Below, piece after piece: positions 22,996 through 34,224 of a DNA stretch of 39,198 nucleotides. Within the stretch, counting starts at the first letter, position 1, and each line of letters begins with the position of its first letter. The notes beneath the pieces were generated by a model, which searched no databases, had not been told where the DNA came from, and saw only the letters and a program-made list of their open reading frames with translations. Source of the DNA: Octopus bimaculoides (lineage: Eukaryota); assembly GCF_001194135.2 (NCBI RefSeq), contig NC_068984.1, positions 146,333,774-146,372,971 of the forward strand, in the 5' to 3' direction. A program made the position numbers and the translations under genes.

Positions 22996-23871
22996 CTTTG
23001 GGGAAATATTTTCTGTTTTATTTAATTTTTGTTTTGTTTTTAGTTTTTGAATAAAGTAACAGAGGGGGTTGGTAGTGACCTCACTAATCCATCTGTCACC
23101 AGTGTCATATATTTAAGAAGGGGTCATGGACCCCAGTGCTGTACTTGCCCCTCTCACTAAAAATTTCTGAACCCATAGGTTTCCTGCCCCCTCACCAGTG
23201 CAGCTGTTTCCGTAACACCTGCCTGAAGATGGCACAGGTTGTCACCTGATGGGAACAGTTAGCAGGCTGACTTAGGGGAGGCTTGCAGAAACTGAACAAA
23301 CATTGCAATGAAACGTGATGGCACCAATTTGAAATCTTTTATTTGGAGATTGTAGCAGAGACTTTTAGAGATATTTCAGTGGTGAGGGGGGGGGGGAAGA
23401 GAGAGGAGAAATCTGTTGGCAATGAGTGAGATTGAAGAAAAGGAAAAAAAAAACTGAAACAAATCTACTTCTACACACACACACACACACAACCAGCTCT
23501 AAGTCAATGTTATTTAACGATAGCAACTATTCCATGATAACATTGTCAACAATAACAACAATAAAGTGTGTAACAACTAAATATAAATAAAGACTATATA
23601 TACATATGTGTGTGTGTGCGTGTGTGTGTAAACTGAATGAAGACAGGAAGTTGACACAGCTCTAGTAAACAGCAGAGAAATGTCACAAAGATCAACCATT
23701 GCTTGGATCTAATTTTATCAACACTGCTACCTGCTGTTGTTGCTGAAACTAGAATAGTTCAACAACAAGGTACAAACGTCAGGGACTAGCCAACCAGCCA
23801 GGTAGCCAGCCAACTGACCAGCCAACCAGGCAGGTAGCCAGCCAACTGACCAACCAACTAACCAACCAATA

Positions 23872-24078
23872 GTAATAATCATTTCAAATTTTGCCACAAG
23901 GCCTGCAATTTTGAGGGGATGATGGGAAGTCCATTTCATTGACCCCCAGTGCTTGATTGGTACCTTATTATTTTGACCCTGAAAAGATGAAAGGTAAAGT
24001 TGATTGTCAAGAACTGTAAAAAATGCTGCCAAGCTATTTTGTCCAGTGCCATAAGGATTCTACCAGCTTACCAACCTA
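23872..24078 (-). mobile_element. SINE family C
   Basis: tttcaaattttgccacaaggcctgcaattt...gacccccagtgcttgattggtacc...taccagcttacc. Confidence 0.8.
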
Positions 24079-24534
24079 ACCGATATTAATAAACAAACAT
24101 GCTCTATATTAAGTTCTTGAGTTAAGAAACAACAAACAATTCTATAACTTGTTTTTCTGAATCACAAGGACTTCTCTCTCTTTTCTATTTTTCATAAAGT
24201 GGTCATCGGAAGTTTAGCAATGAGCAGGAACTGTTTTTATTCTTCCTGTACCCACCCCCATCTCTATTAGCATTGTCTTTTCCTATGCTCCTCCCCCACC
24301 ACATCTCTGTTAGCATTGTTCTCTTTGGCGAATGACATCCGATTCCTCTTGGTTTTCCTTTCAGTTGATTTCTGCCCTGCCATTGATGCTTCGTTTCTTT
24401 CCAGCTTTGACATTATCTTCTGTATTTAAGTTGGCCTTTCCATGCAATATTCTACACAGCATCGAGTTGGCAGAACTGTTAACACATCAGACAAAAGGCT
24501 TGGTAACATTTCTTTTATATATGTGTTTGTGCGT

Positions 24535-24780
24535 CTGTGCGTGTGTTACTGTCTCCTTACCATGACCCTGTGTAAGAGTTCTAAACAAGTGTGACTGTCA
24601 TGTAAGCAGTGTCCTCTATTCCCAAAAGCAATGTCTGGTCACGGGGGGTGGGGGTGGGGGTGGAAAATTTGTCACTTGGAAACAGGTGAGGGTTGGCAAT
24701 GGGAAGAGCGTCCAACTGAACAAAATTCCATCTGACCCACACAAGAGTGGAAAAGTGGACATTAAAACAATAATGAACTA
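24535..24780 (+). mobile_element. SINE family A' 3' part
   Basis: gtcactgtcatgtaagcagtg...ggaaacaggtgagggttggc...ggaaaagtggacattaaa. Confidence 0.75.
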
Positions 24781-24887
24781 AAATAAATACCTGAATCATA
24801 ACTATGTCACTGATATCCCATCCTTATTCTGCCACACCTTAATGACAAACAATTTACAGCACGACTATCCTTTGTTGACAATTTATA

Positions 24888-25225
24888 GGCACAGGTGTGG
24901 CTGTGAGGTGAGAAACTTGCTTCTCAACCACATGTTTCTGGCTTCAATCCCACTGTGTGGCACTTTGGGCAAGTGTCTTCTACTACAGCCTCAGGCTGAC
25001 TAAAGCCTTGTGAGTGGATATGGTAGACGGGGTCTTGGACTCATGATCACTGGATTGTGGTTTCAATTCCTGGACCAGGCGATGCGTTGTCTTCTTGAGC
25101 AAATCACTTCATTTCATGTTGCTCCAGTTCACTCAGCTGCCAAAAATGAGTAACCCTGTCACTGACCAGCTTCCCGTCCAGGTGGGGAACATATACGCCA
25201 TTGAACCTGGCATGGCTCAAGAAGG
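24888..25225 (+). mobile_element. SINE A head (24888-25030) abutting SINE D (25035-25225)
   Basis: ggcacaggtgtggctgtgagg...gtgagtggatatggtagacgg, then ggactcatgatcactggattgtggtttcaattcctggacc. Confidence 0.75.
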
Positions 25226-25779
25226 AAACATTATTTTATATTAATTATGGAGATATTGGCAAGCCAGACGACTGTGTGCCAAGTTTTAATGTCTGCTTTA
25301 GCATGGTTTCTAAGACTAGGTGATACCCTTTCTAATTCCAACCACTATACATATAAAAATATCCCAGTATGCTTCCACCTTCAATTTCCATCCCTAGCAA
25401 TGCTTGTTTATGCAAAAACCAAGCAAATCAAGACTTAACGACTATCTTAAAAGCCCTCAACTGTTTAAGGACCCACAAATATAATTAAATTTGAAACATT
25501 TCTAGAAAAGGTTTGAGGCCTGTTGGCCCACCTGTTGCCAGCCCGTCCACTGGGAAGAATTAGTATTTCTTCCCAACAACTAGATAAAGTGAGCCATGGA
25601 AAATTTAAGAAAATGTCCAAAGGTAAAAATAACCAACAAAAAACACCTCCAGTGAATCAGACTTAAGAATGAATTGCTTGTCCAAAATTGCATAATCTCA
25701 GCTTTTCACCACCAGAGGGACCAGTCTTAACACTTCTACTGTACATGCTATAAGTGTACACGTACACAATACATGCTAG

Positions 25780-25932
25780 AAAGTGGTTGGCATTAAGAAG
25801 GGCCTCCACGTACAGAAACCATGCTAAAGCAGACAATGGAACAGGATGCAGTCCTTGGACTCACTGGATTCCAAACCATTTAACCCATGCCCATGTGGAA
25901 CACAGACATTAAATAATGATGATGATGATGAT
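25780..25932 (+). mobile_element. RTE-type tail element
   Basis: aagtggttggcattaagaagggc...acccatgcccatgtggaacacagacattaaataatgatgatgatg. Confidence 0.75.
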
Positions 25933-26941
25933 TATGGTGTGTGTGTGAATGTTGACACCCCATAAACTTGCTTGTCACAGGCTTGAGCAACACAAAGATG
26001 CTTATATTCAATGTTGACATTACGACTGATTGCTCAAAACACTTGAAAATCAACAGAATGTTAAAAAATATCCTTTACTAAAACAGATAAAGGTTGGCAA
26101 CAGGAAGAGCATTCAGTTGTAAAATAGTGTTTCAAATAAGTCCCTTGCCAACCCATAATGGAAAAGCAAGCAATTACATTGCTAACACAGATCATTGCCA
26201 GCTTCCATGATGTATAATTTGTTTTTTTGTCTATTTATATTTTTTTTAGTTACATATTGGGTTGCCTAGGTAACTAACAACAGCAAAAACCCAACATGCT
26301 AGTAGTCTTTGTATGTAACCAGAATCTAGGTAAGAAGAACTGCTTCTGTAAACAGGAGAAATTCTGAACAAAGAGAAAACTATGGTAGAAGAATCTTAGT
26401 CAAACACAAGCCTCTTAGAAAGGGAAAGAAAATCTTCATTGTTCCACATAATTGTGTGTGTGTGTGTGTGTGTGCGCACAAAAGAGTAGCTGTGTATGCG
26501 TTTGGATATGTGTGTTTATGTATGTGATGTCTTTCTTGCCAGTATGCATTCCCCTTGTGTTTGAGTGTGTGTGTGTGTGTGTGTGCGTGTGCATGTACGT
26601 AAATGTATGTGTGTGTTTAAGTATGTGTGCTAGATCTAACACACACAGTGTGTGTGTGTGTGTGTGTGTTTCAAAGAAGCTTGATTATTGTCGGGCAATT
26701 AGTTGTGTTGAGAGATCAGAATCTAAAACTTCAGAAAATAGATGAGCCATTTTCACTAAAAAAAAAAAAAAAAACCCTGACAGGACTATAAAGAAGAATA
26801 AGAACACCAACAACAATGACATGGAGGAAAAGAAAAAGGAAGAAAAGAAAGGATACTAAAGGAAGAAAGAAAAAAGAGAAAAATAAACATGGAAGAAAAT
26901 GAAAATAAGAGGAAAGAAGAAAAGGAAAACCTACACAGCTA

Positions 26942-27138
26942 TGGTGGTGGTGGTGGTGGTGGTGGGTTGTATTAGAAGCTGTGGAAGTGGAGGGTCTTCA
27001 GGTGATGGTGGCGGTGGTAGTGGTGATGATGGTGGTGGCAGTAGCGGAGGTGATGGAAGTTGTGGCAGTGGGAGGAGAGGTTGTACTGGAGGTGAAGGTT
27101 GTGGAGTTAGTGAAGATTATAGTAGTGGTGGTGGTGGA
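26942..27138. repeat. Degenerate (GGT)n / G-rich low-complexity tract
   Basis: Directly visible. Confidence 0.85.
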
Positions 27139-27351
27139 GATGGTGTCCACAAATAAATAAATAAATAAATCACCTGCAAAAGCTGTAACCTGTTTCTTGA
27201 TGGAAAAGTTAAAGGACAAAGACCCTCTTTGTTACAATGGTGGGGGGTGGGGTGGGGGTAGAAAACAACAACAACAACAACGACAGCCATTCCTTTATTG
27301 GCCATAACAGCTCAAAGCAAAGAAGGAGGGCAGAATCATAACATTAGAACA

Positions 27352-27602
27352 ATCAAGCTGGCAGAGTCGTTAGCAAGACGAGCAAATTGTTTAGCGGCAT
27401 TTTGTCTGTCTTTACGTTCAGAGTTCAAATTCTGCCAAGGTTGAATTTGCCTTTCATCTTTTTGGGGGTTAATAAAATAAGGGCCAATCGAGGGCTGGGG
27501 TTAATAAAATAAGGGCCAGTCGAGGGCTGGGGTTGATGTAATGGACTAATTACCCCCTCCTACAAAATTGCTGGCCTTGTGCCAAAATTTGAAACCCTTA
27601 TT
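27352..27602 (+). mobile_element. SINE family C with internal 32-bp tandem duplication
   Basis: gctggcagagtcgttagc...gagttcaaattctgcc...ggccttgtgccaaaatttgaaaccc. Confidence 0.88.
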
Positions 27603-27621
27603 ATGTTAAAGCAATAATAAA

Positions 27622-27990
27622 TAATATGACTGCGTAGTAAGGACTTTGATTCCCAACCACATGGTTCTAGGTTCAGTCCCACGGTGGGGTGCCTTGCACA
27701 AGTGTCTTCTACAATAGCTGTGGGCTTTCGTAGATGGAAACTGAAAGAAGTTCATTGTATACCTGTGCGTGTGATGGTTGTAAATGAACATCACTGTCAT
27801 ACAAGTGAGGTTGATCATTTTCAATCTTCCATGAAAAACATGTTTGGGGGGACATAAGATTCTTGTTTGAAAATGGGTGAGAGTTGTTGACAGGAAGAGC
27901 ATGCCGGCTGTAGAAAATCTGCCTCAACAAATTCGGTCCAACCCATGCAAGCATGGAAAAGTGAATCGATAATGAATAATAACAATAATA
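27622..27990 (+). mobile_element. SINE family A'
   Basis: ttcccaaccacatggttctaggttcagtccc...caagtgtcttctac...acccatgcaagcatggaaaag. Confidence 0.85.
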
Positions 27991-27999
27991 ATCATTGTC

Positions 28000-28170
28000 C
28001 CTCAATGTCTGCTTTTCCATGCTGGCATGGGTTGGATGGCTTGAAGGGGTCTGGCAAAGCAGAAGGTTGCACCTGTTGTCTGATTTGGATTTTACATGTG
28101 GATGCCCTTTTTAACATCAGCCACTTTACAGGTTGCTTTTCATGTGACACCAGCACTGGTGGGGGTCACC
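28000..28170 (-). mobile_element. RTE-type tail element, tail-to-tail with previous SINE
   Basis: cttttccatgctggcatgggttggatgg...ggatgccctttt...cagccacttt. Confidence 0.8.
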
Positions 28171-28179
28171 AAAGACCCC

Positions 28180-28655
28180 TGGACTGTGAGGGGAGTAGGA
28201 TCAAGGGAGGTGACTGTGCCAGTCAGTGTGAGGTCTAAGTATAATAAAGTGATAGAGACGAGTGTCTTACTGTAGAGGAGATACAAGGATATCCGGGGGG
28301 GGGGAGAAGTGTGTGTGGGGGGTGCCTTCAAGGTTCATTGTTGAGGGGGGGGATGTAAGTGAAGTGGTAGAGGCTTGAACAGGGAGGATAGAGGAAGTGG
28401 TCGGGGGGTAGAGGGGGAAGTTTTGTAAGAGTGTGAGGAGAGATGGTCAGAGACAGGGTAGAGGTAAATGTAACCAGTGATGGTGAGAGATATAGGGGTG
28501 GCTGGGGTAGATATATGAAGGGTATTGACAGTGATAGCAGACAAGAGAGGTTTTTAAGAATGGTGTATAGCAGAGGAGAAAGAGTAATGGCTGAGGGCAC
28601 CGAAAGGAAGGGATTGGCGGAAATAGTAGGCAGGGAAGAAATGGAAGTGGTCCCA
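28180..28655 (-). mobile_element. Decayed Penelope-like remnant (G-rich plus strand)
   Basis: Minus-strand ILKNLS...IYLPQPPL resembles the Penelope linker ILxNF...IFPxPPL; shares a motif with the 15130-16235 region. Confidence 0.4.
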
Positions 28656-28679
28656 GAGTGGGGACCACTTCCATTTCTT
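28636..28679. repeat. Perfect inverted repeat, 19-bp stem and 6-nt loop, followed by T-run
   Basis: aagaaatggaagtggtccc agagtg gggaccacttccatttctt. Confidence 0.95.
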
Positions 28680-28954
28680 TTTTTTTTTCATATTCGTTTA
28701 CATGTTGTTTTACACCTATTACACTATAAGAGAAATATAAGGGAGGAGATGTAGAATGTGCCTATTCTGCACTCAGGTGATTACAGCAAGTGGGTGGTGC
28801 CATAGACAGAGAAGTGATGAAGGTTAGGGGATGAAATATGTGGAAAATGCGTGATGGGGAAAGCGTTACCAAAGTGGTTTTAAGGTATCATTTCTGCTAT
28901 GGTGGACAGGTCTTCTCAAGCCCAGCAAAACACCAATCACACACACACACCAAA

Positions 28955-29080
28955 ATTGCTCACAAAGCATTGGATGGCCTGGGGCTACAGTAAAAGATAC
29001 TTGCCCAAGGTGCTGCCAGTCGCACTGAACTTAAAACTATGGTTGCGAAGAGAGTGTCTTAACCACTGAGCCCTGCCTGG
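28955..29080 (-). mobile_element. SINE family A head, degenerate
   Basis: ggggctacagtaaaagatacttgcccaaggtgc...cttaaccactgagccctgcc. Confidence 0.7.
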
Positions 29081-29763
29081 ATTTTATATAAGGATATAAG
29101 ATCATGTATTTAGAAGGGTGGTGATGAAAAAAGCAAATAGAATTTGCAGTGTGTATTACATTCCCAAGGGCAGTCGGTAACTAATTTGAATCGGTTTCCA
29201 AGTGGGGAATCAAAACTGGGTCACAGACTCCATACTGTCAAACCATTTTCTTCCCTCTTTTTTTTTTTTTTTTGTATAGAAATCAGCACTATTGTCAAGC
29301 AATTCTGACATGCAATTCCAAGCATTACCAAAATAAATAAATCAATAAAATACAAAGGAAGAACATGTGAGGCTAAGAAATGGTTAGGAAGAAGAAGAAG
29401 AAGAGGAGGAGGAGGAAAAGAAATGAGAATGTTAATAGAAGAGGATGATTAGGATTGTGAGCTTTGAGAGAAAATAAGAGATTGGAATGGTTTAGATAAG
29501 GGGTCATTCGTTGGGGGAGGGTTGGAAGATTTCTTCTCCAAAGAAGAAACCCACACCCCCAAATACTAATTCTTTTCAGGGTACAGCACCATATCTAACA
29601 CACACACACACACACAATTTTTTAAGCTAATTTTTGCTGACAGAGGCCCCACAAACCAAACCTTTCTAAAGAATACATTTTAAGGGAAATGGGGACTGGC
29701 TGGATTCTTATAGTGCCATGTTTGAGAGAAAATACCCAAGAACTGTTGTGCTATAAAGTCAAC

Positions 29764-29808
<45 letters not shown>

Positions 29809-29980
29809 TATATAAATATGTACAAATATTTATCTGTATTGCTTTCTTAGGAGAAAGAGAGAGAGAGTGAAAAATAGAGAGAGTGTGTTGGACTAAGCAT
29901 ATACCATATCTGCAAAGACTATCCAGACAAAAATATTAAATATCACAACTACGGAATAAAGTTTAAAACCTGAAGCTTAC

Positions 29981-30018
29981 TGCAATTTCTTGACTCAAGT
30001 ACAACACCATCTCAAAAA
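29981..30018 (-). CDS. Candidate exon (xFEMVLYLSQEIA, phase 1 to 0); longer 144-nt form from 30124
   Basis: Donor GCA|GTAAGC; acceptors ggttgcattatAG (30019) or tttactcctcatgtctaccAG (30125). Confidence 0.25.
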
Positions 30019-31044
30019 CTATAATGCAACCACAGCTTCTTGTAGATAAAATTCAAGAATATGTTTTGTACAGAAATTTAAGGAATGGTACCCTGCAGTT
30101 TTGATCCTGTTTTGTATTGAATTTCTGGTAGACATGAGGAGTAAATATAAATAAAGTGTACAAGAGGAGCAATACACACTCAGATACAGCATACAACACA
30201 CACACACACAAAATACACACCATACACAGGACAGTACACATACAAGGCACAACACACAACACATGCACCTCACCCCTGATACATACACAGATATATGTGT
30301 GTGCTTTTATTCTCTCATAAGAGACCAATATAACTCAGTGTTGGCCAGTGTTGTACGATGATGGATGACCGACCCAAAATGTCAGGAATTAGAAACAACT
30401 TCCTCTCTGCTCCCCATAATAACTATTGACCCATTTGGTAGAAATTAATTCCCTAAATCTTGCCCCCTCCACCATCACTTCCTCCTCCTCCACCTCTTCC
30501 CCTACTTCCGATGGCTGTTGTGAAAAGGCAACCCAGAAATGACCTAATAAATAAATGATTTGTTTAAGTCTTTTTCTCAACCCTTTCCATACCAAACCAC
30601 CCAAGACTGTCTCTGCTTCTTTGAAACAAAATGGTTCTTTTAAAGTGATTCAAACTAAAACATTCATTGAAATTTGGTGCTAATTTCAAGTTCCATGCAT
30701 CAGCTTAATCATGACGAAGCCATTTCATTGAATTTTTCATTATTTTCAAAAGTAATTGAAACAGAATTTTAACAGAAATTTGGTAATGAAAGAGTCAACA
30801 AAATCAAGCTGAGAGAATGAAACAATGAAAAGAAGAAAAAAAGAGAAAAGATAGGAAAGAAAAGAAAAAAAAAATGGAATGATTTTAGAAAAACTAATAG
30901 ATAAGGAATTGGTAAAATGTCGGAGATAGAAGAAGATAAAATGAAGATGAAGAGAAACTGGATGGTTTTAGAATATTAGAAATAAACAATATTGGAGACA
31001 AAAAAAAAAAAATCAGAGAAGAAAGTTATAAACTAAGATAAATG

Positions 31045-31497
31045 ATTAAGAAAGTGATTTTGCAATCATGTGATTTCAGGTTCAATTCCAGTGTGTGACA
31101 CCTTGGATAAGAATCTACAATAGCCCTGGGTTGGCGAATGTTTTGTGAATGAATGAATTTGGTAGATGGAGACTGTGTGGAATGCATTGACCCTTACTTA
31201 TTTCTGGTTTAAGCCTATCAATCTCTTTAACCAAACTGCTAAGTTATGGGGACATAAACAAACCAACAATGATGGTCAAGTGATGGTTAGTAGTAGGGGC
31301 AAACAGACACACACAGATGATGGATTTCTTTTAGCTTCTATTAGTTTCCATCCACCAAATCCACTCCCAAGGTTTTGGTGGACTTGGGGCTATAGTAGAA
31401 GACACTTGCCCAAGGTGTCACACAGTAGGGCTGAATCTGATTCCATGTGGATGGGAAGCAAGACTCTTACCACAGAGCTACACCAGTGCATATCCTT
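31045..31497. mobile_element. Two SINE A copies tail-to-tail (+ 31045-31180, - 31185-31497)
   Basis: caggttcaattcc...gacaccttggataag versus agacacttgcccaaggtgtcacacagtagggctgaatc. Confidence 0.8.
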
Positions 31498-31589
31498 AAC
31501 ATAATTCTCAGACACGGCATGATGCAGCGTGCGACAAGGCTGTAAGGGAGAATCCACCCAAAATGGCTTCTATACAATTCTACTCTTAC

Positions 31590-31744
31590 CTTTAAACCAT
31601 TCACAAGACATGAAGTGACCTGAAGTTACAGAAACGGACATTTGCCCAAGATAACATCTAGCACTTAAACACACAGCATTGTGATGGTCAAGTAAACTTC
31701 TCAACAATTTGGTCATATTTGACAAACTTTCCAAAGTAATGCCG
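31590..31744 (-). CDS. Best candidate coding exon (155 nt, GITLESLSNMTKLLRSLLDHHNAVCLSARCYLGQMSVSVTSGHFMSCEWFK); alternative 30-nt form 31590-31619 (VTSCLVNGLK)
   Basis: AAAG|GTAAGA donor; acceptors aattgtttttttaAG or gtttctgtaacttcAG; 51 open codons in non-repeat DNA; product not recognised. Confidence 0.38.
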
Positions 31745-31865
31745 CTTAAAAAAACAATTTCATTGTTGTAATATTTCTTTAGAGACCACCCCAGAGAATC
31801 GAAGCCAGAAGAGAGGCTTTTTTTTTTTTNNNNNNNNNNNNNNNNNNNNNNNNNNNNNNNNNNNN

Positions 31866-31903
<38 letters not shown>

Positions 31904-32387
31904 ATGCGTGAGAAGATAATGTAAACAATAAGACAAAAGCAAGAAAACTGAAGTGAGGTCAGAAGAGGTTTGCAAGAAATTAAACAAGTAAAGGTCGAGT
32001 GGTACAAATTGAGTTGATGATTAGCGATTAATCATCAAAGAATTCTCAGACAATGGTAAATGGTAAGTTGCAAGTTCTTTCTGAAGCAAAAAAAAACAAA
32101 CACCTTAATAAACTCTGGTTTGATAAAAGAACCATGATCATCACCACCACTGCCACCACTATTTTAATGTTTATTTTCCATGCTGGTGTGGGTTGGATAG
32201 GTCTACAATATTATAACAGTCTGTATTGTATTTGTAGTATGACACCATATCCCTTTCTAAGAGGCTCAGCTCACAAACCATTAAATAGGTACCATGAGTA
32301 GTAAACAGTAGCAACACTGTGTAATTGAAGAATGCTTCATTTAGCAAATGGAAACTGAAAAAAAAGCCTGTTTAGACATGATTACAG

Positions 32388-32525
32388 GCACAGGCATGGC
32401 TATGTAGGTAAGAAGTTCGCTTCCCAATCATGTGGTTTCAGGTTCAGTCCCACTGTGTGGCACCTTGGTCAAGCATCTACTATTACAAACCTTGTGAGTG
32501 AATTTGCTTGATGGAAACTGCCATG
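32388..32525 (+). mobile_element. SINE family A head/core
   Basis: gcacaggcatggctatgtaggtaagaagttcgcttcccaatcatgtggtttcaggttcagtccc. Confidence 0.85.
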
Positions 32526-33133
32526 GAAATGTACATGTGAGAGAAAGTGCTCATGCACCCAAGAAAGGGACACACACACACACACATGATGGATGTGACA
32601 CCTGGAATGAGTTGCACGAGCACTTTGGTGGTACTCATTTCAGCAGTGTATACTGAGAAATGAAGTGCCTTGCTGAAGGATACAATGTACCACCCAGCCC
32701 AGGAATGAAACCCACTACCACATGACCATAAGCCACCTGTCTTCCCCACCCTGTCTTCTCCACCCACTTTATGAATATACGTTCCTTTGTTTTATGCCTA
32801 ATTACATAAGTGCAGGTCAAATCAAGTTCATATCTGTCCAGAAAAAGTCCATCACAGTTCAATGAAACCCCATTTATTAAAATAGGGCATGTTTGTTGAG
32901 TTTCAACACGAGACAGAGTCCATTGTTTCAGCTCCTAGAAACACAGTCTAAACCAAACAGAAACCATTGAGCTTTATATATTCAATGCAGTTTAGATTCT
33001 TTTGATTTTCTCTTTCTGTAGTTGACATTAAAAATTACTGAGGAATCAAAGGACAGTTTCTTTGCTTTCATTTCTTTAATGTATTTGCTTTGTTTAAACA
33101 ATAATCTTGATAATTATTTTGTTTCTTTCATTA

Positions 33134-33178
<45 letters not shown>

Positions 33179-33201
33179 CCTATTGTAGTAATGTCTAGAG
33201 G

Positions 33202-33588
33202 GGCAGGCGTGGCTGTGTGGTTAAAAAGCTTGCTTCCCAACCATGTGGTCTTGGGTTCAGTTCTATTGTTCAGCACCCTTGGATAAGTGTCTTTTACTGT
33301 AGCTCTGGGTTGAACTAAGCCTCATGAGTGTGAATCTGGTAAATGGAAACTGTGTGGCAGTCCATCATCTACTCTTTTACTCTCACTTCTTTCAGTCATT
33401 TGACTGCAGCCATGCTGGAGCACCACCTTTAGTCAAGCAAATCGACTCTAGGACTTATTCTTCGTAAGCCTAGTACTTATTCTATCAGTCTCTTTTGCTG
33501 AAACGCTAAGTGACAGGGACATAAACACACTACCATTGATTGTCAAGCGATGTTGGAGGAACAAACACAGACACACAAACATATACAT

Positions 33589-33648
<60 letters not shown>

Positions 33649-33812
33649 GACAAGCTTCTTTCAGTTTCCATCTACCAAATCCACTCACAAGGCTTTGGTT
33701 GGCCCTAGGCTATAGTAGAAGACACTTGCCCAAGGTGTCATACAGTAGGGCTGAACCTGGAACCATGTGGTTGGTAAGCAAGCTACTTACCACACAGCCA
33801 CTCCTACGCCTA
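33202..33812. mobile_element. SINE A head (+ 33202-33362) tail-to-tail with full-length SINE A (- 33372-33812)
   Basis: gcaggcgtggctgtgtggttaaaa... versus ...gctacttaccacacagccactcctacgcc. Confidence 0.88.
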
Positions 33813-34167
33813 TATATGTGAGTGTGTATGTGTGTGTGTGTGTGTGTAATGTAAGACAAAGTATATCAGAGATAGCAGTTGAATCATCCAGAAATTACAC
33901 TCTACCATCTTAAATGAAGAAGGACACATAGTACAATGTAGTCCTTGATATATGATGCTTAAGAGAAGGAGGGAATATTACAAGATAGAAGTATCCAACA
34001 AGTAAAGAACTCAAGAGGATGAAAAAGAAAAAATTAAGGTTTCTTTTGATGAGTTGGCTCCGTCACTTTAGATATTCTTAAGTACTTTCTTAAGTCCGGC
34101 ACTTTTCTATGCTTATGGGAATCAAACAGGGTACTCTAAATGTACTTCATGTGTCAGTGATTCTTAC

Positions 34168-34194
34168 CACACACTTTGAAAAGCAGTCACTTGA
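34168..34194 (-). CDS. Candidate 27-nt micro-exon (SSDCFSKCV in phase 0, or xQVTAFQSV+TG in phase 2)
   Basis: tatttttatataaactaaacAG|TCAAG...GTGTG|GTAAGA; phase-compatible with both forms of the 31590 exon. Confidence 0.3.
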
Positions 34195-34224
34195 CTGTTT
34201 AGTTTATATAAAAATATAGATGCA

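Noticed and set aside
23187-23390. 11-bp inverted repeat suggesting a MITE
   Set aside because: Short, low-complexity (poly-C/G) arms and no TSD
26250-26335. Plus-strand T-rich acceptor with two donors (20-nt or 80-nt exon)
   Set aside because: The long form is closed in all frames, the short form has no partner exons, and chance matches are common here
26899-27156. Gly/Ser-rich ORF
   Set aside because: Translation of a degenerate (GGT)n tract with no convincing splice signals
31570-32007. 145-aa ORF as a single-exon gene
   Set aside because: The upstream part crosses (CA)n, a gap and poly-A; only 31590-31744 is plausible as an exon
32050-32068. Plus-strand 13-nt micro-exon-like signal
   Set aside because: Isolated; illustrates the background rate of such motifs
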